From: an uncultured delta proteobacterium
Lineage (GTDB): Bacteria > Myxococcota_A > UBA9160 > UBA4427
NCBI GenBank assembly: GCA_963822965.1
Contig: CAWGJT010000005.1
Location: forward strand, 672,001 to 736,000
DNA length: 64,000 nt
Direction: 5' to 3'
The translations under genes were made by a program, and so were the position numbers. Each line of letters opens with the position of its first letter. Position 1 is the stretch's first letter. Below are positions 42,564 through 50,947 of this stretch, piece after piece. The notes under the pieces were generated by a model. It was not told the DNA's origin. It ran no database searches and saw nothing but the letters and a program-made list of their open reading frames with translations.

Positions 42564-44186
42564 ATGGGGACGTATCTCAAGTTCCATCACCTGGAACGTT
42601 CGCCCTTCGAGGGCGAGCCGGGCGAGCGCCTCGTGCTCGCGACGGAATCCCTGCGTCGAGCCTACGCGGAGATCAAATCGGGGCTCGACCAGGGATCTCC
42701 GCGCATCTGCGTGAGCGGCGGCCCGGGAATCGGCAAGTCGAGCCTGGCCCGCGCGCTTCCCCGACTGCTCGCGAACGAGGCGAGCTGCGCCCTGATTCGC
42801 GATCCCAGCGTCGACTGGTCGCGGGTCAAGGCGAAGATCACCCGGCAGCTCTCCCTCGACAGCGGCCAGATCTCGCGACGCGCCCTGCTCGCGACCCGGG
42901 CCCTCGGCCGCCGCGTCGTCATCATCATCGACCAGGCCGAGCAGCTTCCCGCGGAGAGCCTCGAGCACCTCGACACGATCCTCGGCTACCGCGACGAGGC
43001 CGGCGAGCAGCTCATCCAGTGCGTTCTGCTGGCGAACCTCGAGGCCGCGCCGCGGGGCGAGGAGGTGCCGCTCCTTTGGTGGCTCGATCAGCTCACCACC
43101 CGCCAGCTGACGTTCTCTCCGATCCCGGACGCGGGCATCCGCAGCTACGTCGACAAGCACCTGAAGAAGGCGGGGCTGCGCGGCGCATCGCTCTTCCGGG
43201 ACGACGCCGTCGTCGCCATCCACCGCTACACGGGAGGCGTACCCGGTGCCGTCAGCGCGCTGTGCGAGCAGCTCCTGGCGAAGGCCGCCGAGCACGGCCG
43301 ACGCGAGATCGGGGCCGACCTGGTGGCGAACCTGTTCGGCGATGCGGAGCTCGCGGACGAGCCGATCCAGGCTCGGGACGAGCCCGACGACGCGCTTCCG
43401 CACTTCGAAGCGCCGCGCACGACCGCGGCGGGATCCAGGGTGCCCGCGCCCGACTTCGGCCGCGCCGAGCCCGAGCCCGAGCTGGAGATCCAGCAGGGCT
43501 ATCTGCCCATCGAAGACTCGAACTACGCCGGCGAGAAGAGCGACTTCTTCGCCGACGCGCCGCGCAAGCACACCCCGCGGATGCGCTCCGAGTCCCAGCG
43601 ATACGCGACGGAAGCGCTGTCCTCGAGCAGAGGCGGCGCGCGGCTGGCCGGCAGGCTCCGGACCCTGGCGCTGCTGGCGGTGCTGGCGGCCGCCCTGCAC
43701 GCCTGGTGGTCGAACGACGCGCCCGGGCTGCCCGAGCTGCCCGGGCTGCCGGAGATGCCGTTCTCCCTGCCCTTCCTGAGCTCCGAGACGAAGCCGGCGC
43801 GCAAGGCACACCCGCCGAAGCCGCCCGTGCCGGCGAAGCCGCCCCGGACGGCCTCTGCCGGGGAGCCCGGCCCGATGCCGGCCCTCGCGAACGGCCCGGG
43901 CGGCCAGGTGCCGGACGGCGTCGGAACCGCGGACGTGGACGCGGACGGACTCACCTCGGATCTCAAGCTCGACGGGGCGGACGACAACCCCGCTTCCGTC
44001 GCGGATGCGGCGCATCCCGTCGAGGGAGCCGAGCCGGCCGCTGCGACTCCGGCCCTCTCGCTCAGCGAGCTCTACGACATCGCCGAGTCCGAGGCGGAGT
44101 CGGCGAAGGACGAGCCGCCGGACTACGAGCCCTGGAGCCAGCAGGCTCCCGAAGGCCCGCCCGCCGCACCCGCTTCGGATCGCTGA
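42564..44186 (+). CDS. ExeA/GspA-like AAA ATPase with a TM helix and Pro-rich tail
   Basis: YLKF..L..SPF, GGPGIGKS, IIIDQA, YV..HL..AG and TGGVP. TM segment LALLAVLAAALHAWW. Confidence 0.8.
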   Translation: MGTYLKFHHLERSPFEGEPGERLVLATESLRRAYAEIKSGLDQGSPRICVSGGPGIGKSSLARALPRLLANEASCALIRDPSVDWSRVKAKITRQLSLDSGQISRRALLATRALGRRVVIIIDQAEQLPAESLEHLDTILGYRDEAGEQLIQCVLLANLEAAPRGEEVPLLWWLDQLTTRQLTFSPIPDAGIRSYVDKHLKKAGLRGASLFRDDAVVAIHRYTGGVPGAVSALCEQLLAKAAEHGRREIGADLVANLFGDAELADEPIQARDEPDDALPHFEAPRTTAAGSRVPAPDFGRAEPEPELEIQQGYLPIEDSNYAGEKSDFFADAPRKHTPRMRSESQRYATEALSSSRGGARLAGRLRTLALLAVLAAALHAWWSNDAPGLPELPGLPEMPFSLPFLSSETKPARKAHPPKPPVPAKPPRTASAGEPGPMPALANGPGGQVPDGVGTADVDADGLTSDLKLDGADDNPASVADAAHPVEGAEPAAATPALSLSELYDIAESEAESAKDEPPDYEPWSQQAPEGPPAAPASDR

Positions 44187-44201
44187 CGAGCCTTCGCGGC
44201 G

Positions 44202-45542
44202 ATGGGCCTCGTGTCGCTGCTCGTCGCGTGCGTGGTGTTCATCGTCGTCGCGACGACCCGCCTCGGGCTGCATCCCTTCCTGGCCCTGCTCTTCGCCGCA
44301 CTCGGCTTCGGCCTGCTCGCGGGCATGCCACCCGCCGAAGTCGTGGCCGCGCTGGGTCAGGGCTTCGGCGGAATCCTCGGGAGCATCGGCCTCGTCATCG
44401 TCGCCGGCTCGATCGTCGGCACCTTCCTCGAGCGTTCGGGCGGGGCCCTGCGCCTGGCCGAGGCGATCCTGGCGCGCACGGGCCGAGACAACGTGCCCGC
44501 CGCGATGGCCGCCGTGGGCTACACGGTGTCCCTGCCGGTCTTCTGCGACACCGGCTTCGTGATCCTGTCGCCTCTCAGCAAGGCGCTGGCGGCTCGCACG
44601 CGGACGAGTCTGGCCGCCTCCGCCATCGCCCTCAGCCTCGGGCTGTACGCCACCCACACCATGGTGCCGCCCACCCCCGGTCCGGTCGCTGCGGCCGGCA
44701 TCCTCGGCGCGGACCTCGGCCGCGTCATCCTCTGGGGCGGGCTCGTGAGCGCCGTCGCCCTGGTGGCGGGCTGGCTCTTCGCGACCCGCTTCGCGGCTCG
44801 CTTCGCGGTGCCACCCCACCGTCCCGACGAGGCCCTCGCGATCGACGCGGCGGCGCCCGAGAACGCACCGTCTCCCGCGCGCTCCCTGGTGCCCATTCTC
44901 GGACCCCTCGTCCTCATCGTGACGGCTTCGATCGCGAAGCTCCCCTCTCGGCCCATCGGCACCGGCGGGCTCTTCGACTCGGTCGCGTTCCTCGGCGATC
45001 CGGCGGTCGCGCTGCTCGCGGGCGCGGCGTTCGCCGTGACGCTCGCCCGCCCCTTCCGGCGCGAGCGTCTGGGGGTGGAGGGCTGGGTCGGAGACGCCGT
45101 GGTCGCCGCAGCCACCATTCTCGTGGTGACGGGGGCCGGCGGCGCCTTCGGCAAGGTGCTCCAGGGCTCGGGGATCGCGAACGTATTCGGCACGGCGCTG
45201 GTCGCGACGGGGCTCGGCATCTGGCTGCCGTTCCTCGTCGCCGCGGCGGTGAAGACCGCCCAGGGCTCGTCGACCGTGGCCATCATCACCACCGCCGGGA
45301 TGGTGGCGCCGCTGCTGGGCAGCCTGGGTCTCGCGAGCGAGACGGGACGCGCGCTCTGCGTGGTTGCCATCGGCGCCGGCTCGATGGTCGTCTCCCACGC
45401 GAACGACAGCTACTTCTGGGTGGTCACGCAGTTCTCGAACATGGACGTCCCGCTGGGCTACCGGCTCCAGACCCTGGGAACCCTCGTGCTCGGCACGGCC
45501 GCAGCCCTGGCGGTCTGGGGCCTCTCCCTCGTCCTCGTGTGA
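44202..45542 (+). CDS. GntP-family permease
   Basis: LHPFLALL, PVFCD.GF, VPPTPGP, KTAQGSSTVA and SHANDSYFW. Confidence 0.92.
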   Translation: MGLVSLLVACVVFIVVATTRLGLHPFLALLFAALGFGLLAGMPPAEVVAALGQGFGGILGSIGLVIVAGSIVGTFLERSGGALRLAEAILARTGRDNVPAAMAAVGYTVSLPVFCDTGFVILSPLSKALAARTRTSLAASAIALSLGLYATHTMVPPTPGPVAAAGILGADLGRVILWGGLVSAVALVAGWLFATRFAARFAVPPHRPDEALAIDAAAPENAPSPARSLVPILGPLVLIVTASIAKLPSRPIGTGGLFDSVAFLGDPAVALLAGAAFAVTLARPFRRERLGVEGWVGDAVVAAATILVVTGAGGAFGKVLQGSGIANVFGTALVATGLGIWLPFLVAAAVKTAQGSSTVAIITTAGMVAPLLGSLGLASETGRALCVVAIGAGSMVVSHANDSYFWVVTQFSNMDVPLGYRLQTLGTLVLGTAAALAVWGLSLVLV

Positions 45543-45561
45543 CACCAACCCGGCGCGGGAG

Positions 45562-46527
45562 TCAAGGTCCCAGCCGGCCCGGGGTACCGGTGATGTCGAG
45601 CCAGCGCCGGATGAGCTTCTCGGGCCAGTCGATGGTCATGCCGTTGCTGCCGACGGCGATCGCCCGCTCCATCTCGACCTCGCTGCCGACGCCCCAGGCC
45701 CGGATCCAGAGCCCCCGTCGCCGGGCCTGCTGGACGTGCTCGCGGTCGAGCTCCCCGACCTCGACGCCCACCTCGCGCATCCCCGCGGCCGCCGCGCGGT
45801 CGATCCACTCCGAGATCGACCCCGTCCGCCTGCCCGCGTCGCGGATCAGGAGACAGGTGGGCAGCTCGGGTGCGAGCGCACGCATGCGCTCGAGCTGCTC
45901 GAGGTGGAACGACGTCACCATCACGCGGTCGCGCAGGCCGAAGCGGTCCACGATCGCCAGGGTGCGGGCCGGCAGCTCCGGCTCCTCGGCCTTCAGCTCC
46001 ACGTGGTAGAAGACCTGCCGGCCCAGCTCCGCGAACAGCGCGTCCAGGCCGTCGAGGCCGGCACCCGCGAAGCGATCGGCCGCCGCCGGATGGGTCTCGT
46101 CGAACCAGGTTCCGATGTCGAGCGCTTCCAGCTCGGCACGTGTGAGGTCCCGCACCCGGCCGGCGTGGCCCGTCTTGCGATCGAGGGTGTCGTCGTGGAA
46201 GAGCATCACCTCGTCGTCCCGGCTCAGCTGGACGTCGAGCTCGACCTCGACGGCGCCCAGCGCACGTGCACGTCGGTACGCGGCCACGGTGTTCTCGGGC
46301 GCATACGCCGACGCTCCGCGGTGCGCGATGATCTGGAACGGTCGTGGAAGCCCGGGAACCGGGCCGACGCCGCCCGGCGCGGACGAACCGCAGCCGGGGG
46401 TCGGGGCCGTCCAGGCCGCGACGAGGACGGCCAATGCAAGCGCCGACGGGAACGATCGCCGGCGCCCGCGCGGTAGGGCGGGACGGGACGCTTCAGGTCG
46501 CCGAGGCCGCGAGGTCGTGCTCCGCAC
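45562..46527 (-). CDS. Glycerophosphodiester phosphodiesterase (possible lipoprotein; start uncertain)
   Basis: IAHRGAS..APENT, ELDVQLSRD, HD.TLDR and VELK. Confidence 0.88.
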   Translation of the reverse strand: MRSTTSRPRRPEASRPALPRGRRRSFPSALALAVLVAAWTAPTPGCGSSAPGGVGPVPGLPRPFQIIAHRGASAYAPENTVAAYRRARALGAVEVELDVQLSRDDEVMLFHDDTLDRKTGHAGRVRDLTRAELEALDIGTWFDETHPAAADRFAGAGLDGLDALFAELGRQVFYHVELKAEEPELPARTLAIVDRFGLRDRVMVTSFHLEQLERMRALAPELPTCLLIRDAGRRTGSISEWIDRAAAAGMREVGVEVGELDREHVQQARRRGLWIRAWGVGSEVEMERAIAVGSNGMTIDWPEKLIRRWLDITGTPGRLGP

Positions 46528-47245
46528 GGGTCCGGATGTAGCGCACGTAGAAGCCCGGCGGAATGAACGCCAGCGCGATGGCCACCGCCGCCACCAGGCC
46601 GTGCAGCGAGGAGCTCACCATCACCCAGCCCGTTTCGGTCGAAGCCACGCCGAGGAAGAGCTGCGCCACGATGCCCACGGCCGTGCCGAAGCCGGCCGCG
46701 AAGGTCGCGATGGCCCACATCAGGAAGCGGTTCGCGACGACCGGGTCTGCCAGCCCGATGCGCACGCGCCGCCGCATCTTCATCCAGTAGGCGAAGGCTT
46801 CGCCCGCGCTCCAGAGCAGGCAGCCCACCTGCAGCGTGCTGCGACACAGGGACCCGGGGCTGACCGGACCGACGTCCATGAAGCCGTGGGCGACGCCCGA
46901 CCAGACGAAGAGACCCAGGAGACCGGCTCCCGCCGTCGCCACGACCGCGCGCGCCACGTCCCCGTCCGGGTGGTAGACGCGCCAGTTGAAGACGAAGTTC
47001 GCGAAGGCGCCGGAGCTGATCGCGAGCACGGCGGTCCCGAGCAACACGTGCTGGAGGGTCCCCGCCTCGAGGCGCATGCCGACCACCATCAGGCCGAAGC
47101 CCACGGGACCGATTCCGAGCACGCCGATTCCCATCAGCAGCTCGGGCAGCTCGTGCGTCCGCCGAGCCATCAGCAGCACGCGAACGCCTACGACCAGCGC
47201 CACGACGAAGAACGCCACGAATCCGACCCAGACCCAGGCAGCCAT
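46493..47245 (-). CDS. Uncharacterised 7-TM membrane protein (paralog B)
   Basis: Seven hydrophobic segments with the same conserved motifs as 23551..24312. Confidence 0.85.
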   Translation of the reverse strand: MAAWVWVGFVAFFVVALVVGVRVLLMARRTHELPELLMGIGVLGIGPVGFGLMVVGMRLEAGTLQHVLLGTAVLAISSGAFANFVFNWRVYHPDGDVARAVVATAGAGLLGLFVWSGVAHGFMDVGPVSPGSLCRSTLQVGCLLWSAGEAFAYWMKMRRRVRIGLADPVVANRFLMWAIATFAAGFGTAVGIVAQLFLGVASTETGWVMVSSSLHGLVAAVAIALAFIPPGFYVRYIRTRAEHDLAASAT

Positions 47246-47248
47246 GCT

Positions 47249-47569
47249 TCAGGCGCCTCCGCCCAGCCGGCTGAAGACCGCGTCCGGCGTCTCCCGGGCC
47301 CCGTCCGAAGCGAGGCTCGCGGCCTCGCTCGCGAGGCCGCTGGCCAGACGCGAGCACAGACCCGCCGCGTCCTGCACGCCACGAGCCGAGAGCTCCGCGG
47401 CCAGGACCTTCTCGATCACCACCTTCATCTGGTCCGGCGTGACCGTCTTGGCCTCGAGACCGGCCCCCTTGAGAGCCAGCCTGACCGTGCCTCGGGCTTC
47501 GAGACGATCGAGCGAGGTCTCCTGTTCGAGCCGGGCGCAGACCCAGTCGAACGCAGCTGCATCAGCCAT
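47249..47569 (-). CDS. Small soluble helical protein (106 aa), unknown function
   Basis: GGAGGGGG RBS, MADAAAFDWVCARLEQETSLDRLEARGTVRLALK...PDAVFSRLGG. Ends 3 bp before the 7-TM gene start. Confidence 0.75.
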   Translation of the reverse strand: MADAAAFDWVCARLEQETSLDRLEARGTVRLALKGAGLEAKTVTPDQMKVVIEKVLAAELSARGVQDAAGLCSRLASGLASEAASLASDGARETPDAVFSRLGGGA

Positions 47570-47604
47570 CGGTCCCCCTCCCCTCCAGCGCAACGCTTGC
47601 CGTC

Positions 47605-47631
47605 TTATCGGCTGCCGGCGCGCGAGCTGAA
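47605..47631 (-). promoter_or_regulatory. Sigma28/FliA-like promoter candidate
   Basis: TTCA-N15-GCCGATAA (perfect -10 element), 35 bp upstream of the ATG at 47569. Confidence 0.55.
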
Positions 47632-47712
47632 CCGGCAAGATCGATTGTCGGCGAGCCCGGGGCGCTCCCCCGGGCGACCGGGCTGGACGACCTCCCGCTA
47701 TCGTGCCGACCC

Positions 47713-49302
47713 ATGATGGCAGCCGACCCCATCGTCCAGACGTCCCAGGGCAGGCTCCGAGGCGCCCGGGACGGCGGGCTCGCGGTCTTCCGGGGGATTC
47801 CGTTCGCGGCGCCGCCGACCGGCAGGGGACGCTTCCTGCCCCCCGCCCCGCCCGCTCCCTGGCCGGGCATTCGGGACGCGCTCCGGACGGCGCCCGCCCC
47901 GCCCCAGACCGTCGAGCCGCTCTCGCAGCTCCTGGGCCTCGAGCTGCCCGGGCCCCAGGACGAGGACTGCCTCCAGCTCGACGTGTGGACGCCCGGAGCC
48001 GGCCCCGCGGCGCGCCCGGTCCTGGTCTGGCTCCACGGGGGCGCCTTCGCGACGGGCTCCGGCGGCTCGCCCCTGTACGCGGGCCACACCCTGGCGGCGC
48101 GGGGGGACGTGGTGGTCGTCACCCTCAACTATCGGGTCGGCGCCCTCGGCTTCGCGCACCTGGCCCCCTGGCTGTCGGGCGCCCCCGCCGGCGCCGCCGT
48201 GAACCTCGGCCTGCAGGACCAGATCGCCGCCCTCCGCTGGGTACGCGCCGAGATCGCCGCCTTCGGCGGCGACCCCGATCGCATCACCGTCTTCGGCGAA
48301 TCCGCAGGGGCCGGGAGCCTCACCGCCCTGCTCGCCATGCCTCGGGCCCGGGGGCTGTTCCGACGGGCGATCGTCCAGAGCGCCGCGCCCGACGGCATGC
48401 TGACGGCCGACGAGGGGCGCGAGCGTGCCGGCCGCCTGCTGGCCGAGCTCGGTGTACCCGTCGATCCGGCGCACGGCCGAGTCGACCTGGACGCGCTGCA
48501 GGACCTCGACGTGGCCGGCATCCTGGAGGCCCAGCAGCGCTGCATCGCCGCCGGACCGCACCGCACCGGAATGTTCTTCGCACCCGTGGTCGACGGCGAG
48601 CTGCTGCCGGAGCGCCCGCTCGACGCCATCGCCCGGGGTGGCGCACGCGACGTCGAGCTCGTGATCGGCACCACCCGGGAGGAGATGCAGCTCTACGGAA
48701 CGGTCCCCGGGCTGGGCGAGTTCGACGACGAGGTGCTGGCACGCATCGTCGCCGCCCGACTCGAAGGGGAAGACGAGGCCCGGATCGAGCGGGCGCGGCG
48801 GGCGGTCGATCTCTATCGCGGGGAGCTCGAGCGCGAGGACCGGCCGGGCGGGTTGCGCCCACGCGACCTCTTCTTCGCCCTGGAGACCGACCTGAGCCTG
48901 CGCGTGCCCTCGATCCACCTGGCAGAGAGCCAGGCCGCCGTCCAGCCACGAACGTTCATGTACCTCTTCGAGTGGCGCTCCCCCCGCTCCGACGGGCAGG
49001 GAGGCACCCTCGGCGCGTGCCACGCGCTCGATCTGCCCTTCACGTTCGGCGCCCTGGACGGGGCGGCCGCTCGCGCGGTCACGACCGACGACCGGCCGGC
49101 GCTGCTCGAGCCCGCACGACGCCTGTCCGACCGGATGATGGACGCGTGGATCGCCTTCGCGCGCACGGGCGATCCGAGCCATCCCGGGATCGGCGCGTGG
49201 CCGGCCTACGAGCCCCGTCACCGCAGCACCATGCTGCTCGGCGAGACGTGCCGCGTGTCGGAAGCGCCGCTCGATGCCCGGCGCGCGATCTGGGAGGGGT
49301 GA
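47713..49302 (+). CDS. Type-B carboxylesterase
   Basis: FRGIPFA, EDCLQLDVW, WLHGGAF, GESAG and GACHALD. Confidence 0.9.
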   Translation: MMAADPIVQTSQGRLRGARDGGLAVFRGIPFAAPPTGRGRFLPPAPPAPWPGIRDALRTAPAPPQTVEPLSQLLGLELPGPQDEDCLQLDVWTPGAGPAARPVLVWLHGGAFATGSGGSPLYAGHTLAARGDVVVVTLNYRVGALGFAHLAPWLSGAPAGAAVNLGLQDQIAALRWVRAEIAAFGGDPDRITVFGESAGAGSLTALLAMPRARGLFRRAIVQSAAPDGMLTADEGRERAGRLLAELGVPVDPAHGRVDLDALQDLDVAGILEAQQRCIAAGPHRTGMFFAPVVDGELLPERPLDAIARGGARDVELVIGTTREEMQLYGTVPGLGEFDDEVLARIVAARLEGEDEARIERARRAVDLYRGELEREDRPGGLRPRDLFFALETDLSLRVPSIHLAESQAAVQPRTFMYLFEWRSPRSDGQGGTLGACHALDLPFTFGALDGAAARAVTTDDRPALLEPARRLSDRMMDAWIAFARTGDPSHPGIGAWPAYEPRHRSTMLLGETCRVSEAPLDARRAIWEG

Positions 49303-49341
49303 CCGGCCGCCGCCGAGCGTCTGGAAGCCCGGGCTCCGCGC

Positions 49342-50181
49342 TCACTCGGAGAGAGGCTCGAGCACCAGATCGGCCCCCCCGTCCGCTTCGCTGACGACGG
49401 GAAAGACGAAGCCCCTGCTCGGCAACACGCCGTAGCCCGGTGCTCCGAGACCCACGTCGTGTCCGAGCTCCTGCACGCTGGTGGCGACGGTGCCCATCAA
49501 CACGTTGAGAAACTCGGCGACCGCCTCCAGGGAGAGATCGGCGGCCAGGGCGTCGAGCTCCATGCCGAGCAGCCCGCAGGCGAGCTTCTCGCCGAACGGG
49601 GGGTCGACGAGCAGCGTGGTCCGCAGGCCCCGGGTTCCGTGCACCTCCACAGACGCCACGAGCACCGTCTCGCGCAGCTCCCCGAGCGCGCTACCCGCCC
49701 CCACCTTCACGGGCAGATCGGCTACCCGCAGACACATCCGCCCCAACAGCGCCACGGCCAGCGCCGCGGTGGGATGATCGACCAGGGCACCGGGCAGCAG
49801 CGAACGCTCCGCCTGCTCGTGCTGCTGCTCGCTCTTCCAGGCGTCGTATAGGGCGTGCGCCCGATCCTCCGGCAGATGCCCGCGCCGGACCAGCGCGGAA
49901 CAGAGATCGACCCGCACCTCCCGCTGGCGCTCCAGCAGCTCCTCGAGCTCGATGGCGTTGATCACGCCCATCTGCATCGCCAGCTGCCCGAAGGGCAGGT
50001 CCTTGCGCCGCTGCTCGTCGTTCACCCGCCGGCAGTCGGCTTCGGTCGCGTACCCGAGCTGGACGGCGAGCGCTCCGATCTGGGGATTGACCTCGCTCAT
50101 CCACTGCAGGGTTTCGCGCAGGAGGGCGGCGTCCAGCTCACCATGCCGCAGCAGGTACTGCCCGAAGAATTCCAGCCTCAC
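49342..50181 (-). CDS. CheX/CheC-like protein with N-terminal MshEN-like repeats
   Basis: FFGQYLL..G, IG.LAV..G and FG.LAM..G repeats; C-terminal AVAEFLNVLMG (ExxN). Confidence 0.7.
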   Translation of the reverse strand: MRLEFFGQYLLRHGELDAALLRETLQWMSEVNPQIGALAVQLGYATEADCRRVNDEQRRKDLPFGQLAMQMGVINAIELEELLERQREVRVDLCSALVRRGHLPEDRAHALYDAWKSEQQHEQAERSLLPGALVDHPTAALAVALLGRMCLRVADLPVKVGAGSALGELRETVLVASVEVHGTRGLRTTLLVDPPFGEKLACGLLGMELDALAADLSLEAVAEFLNVLMGTVATSVQELGHDVGLGAPGYGVLPSRGFVFPVVSEADGGADLVLEPLSE

Positions 50182-50582
50182 GCGGCGTCCCCGTCGGGGT
50201 TCCGCTTCAACGCCAGCTCGCTCTCGAGCAGCGACTCGATCTGCTGTCGATCGAACGGCTTCGAGATCATCTGCACCGCGCCGAGCCGAAACGCCTGCTC
50301 CGCGTTCGTGCCGTGGGCGGCGACGGAGGAGATCATCACCACCCGGGTCTTGGGCCGATTGGCGCGGATCATGCGCAGTGCGGAGAGCCCGTCCATGCCG
50401 GGCATCACGATGTCCATCAGCACCAGGTCGGGGCGCGTGAAGGCCGCGGTGCGCACGGCGGCTGCGCCGTCCGTGGCGCGACCGACCAGATCGACGCCCG
50501 GGACGCCCGCCAGGATGCTCTCGAGCTGGGCGATGACGATCTTGCTGTCGTCCACGACCAGGACCTTCAGATCATCGGCCAA
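50178..50582 (-). CDS. Single-domain response regulator (CheY-like)
   Basis: VLVVDDS, LVLMDIVMPGMDG, ISS and SKPF. TTG start with a GGGAGG RBS. Confidence 0.9.
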   Translation of the reverse strand: MADDLKVLVVDDSKIVIAQLESILAGVPGVDLVGRATDGAAAVRTAAFTRPDLVLMDIVMPGMDGLSALRMIRANRPKTRVVMISSVAAHGTNAEQAFRLGAVQMISKPFDRQQIESLLESELALKRNPDGDAA

Positions 50583-50625
50583 GTTCGCCTCCCGGACCGA
50601 TTCGCGGGCCCTGCAGCGCTCTGGC

Positions 50626-50653
50626 CTATCGGCCGACCCGCAGAGCCGGTTGA
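50626..50653 (-). promoter_or_regulatory. Sigma28/FliA-like promoter candidate upstream of the cheY/cheX-like pair
   Basis: TCAA-N16-GCCGATAG. Confidence 0.6.
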
Positions 50654-50947
50654 CATCGGGTTGCCTCGGGGACCGGCGCGGGATTGCAGTGGCATTGGAA
50701 TCGGAAGCCGGTCGAGCGACCGCCAGTCATCTGCCGTTTCCGCGCCGCACGCCTTGCCAGACCGTGCGCGCCCGGTCAACGTGTCGGAGAACGCGGAAGG
50801 CCGGGAGCCCCGGGCCGCGCCGCGGCCAGGCGACCGCACCCTCGGGGTCGGGACACGCAGGGACGGGCGTCCCCGGGCTCGGATCCGAGCCGACCGATCG
50901 AGAAGCGCGAGAACCCCACGAAAAGAAGGTCCACAAAGGGTCCACAC

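Noticed and set aside
42491..46009. Very long ORF-track entries (e.g. 42491..46009 +, 30528..33839 -, 56613..60179 +, 8972..12133 +)
   Set aside because: Arg/Pro/Gly-rich shadow frames overlapping genes with clear family motifs, as expected in very GC-rich DNA.
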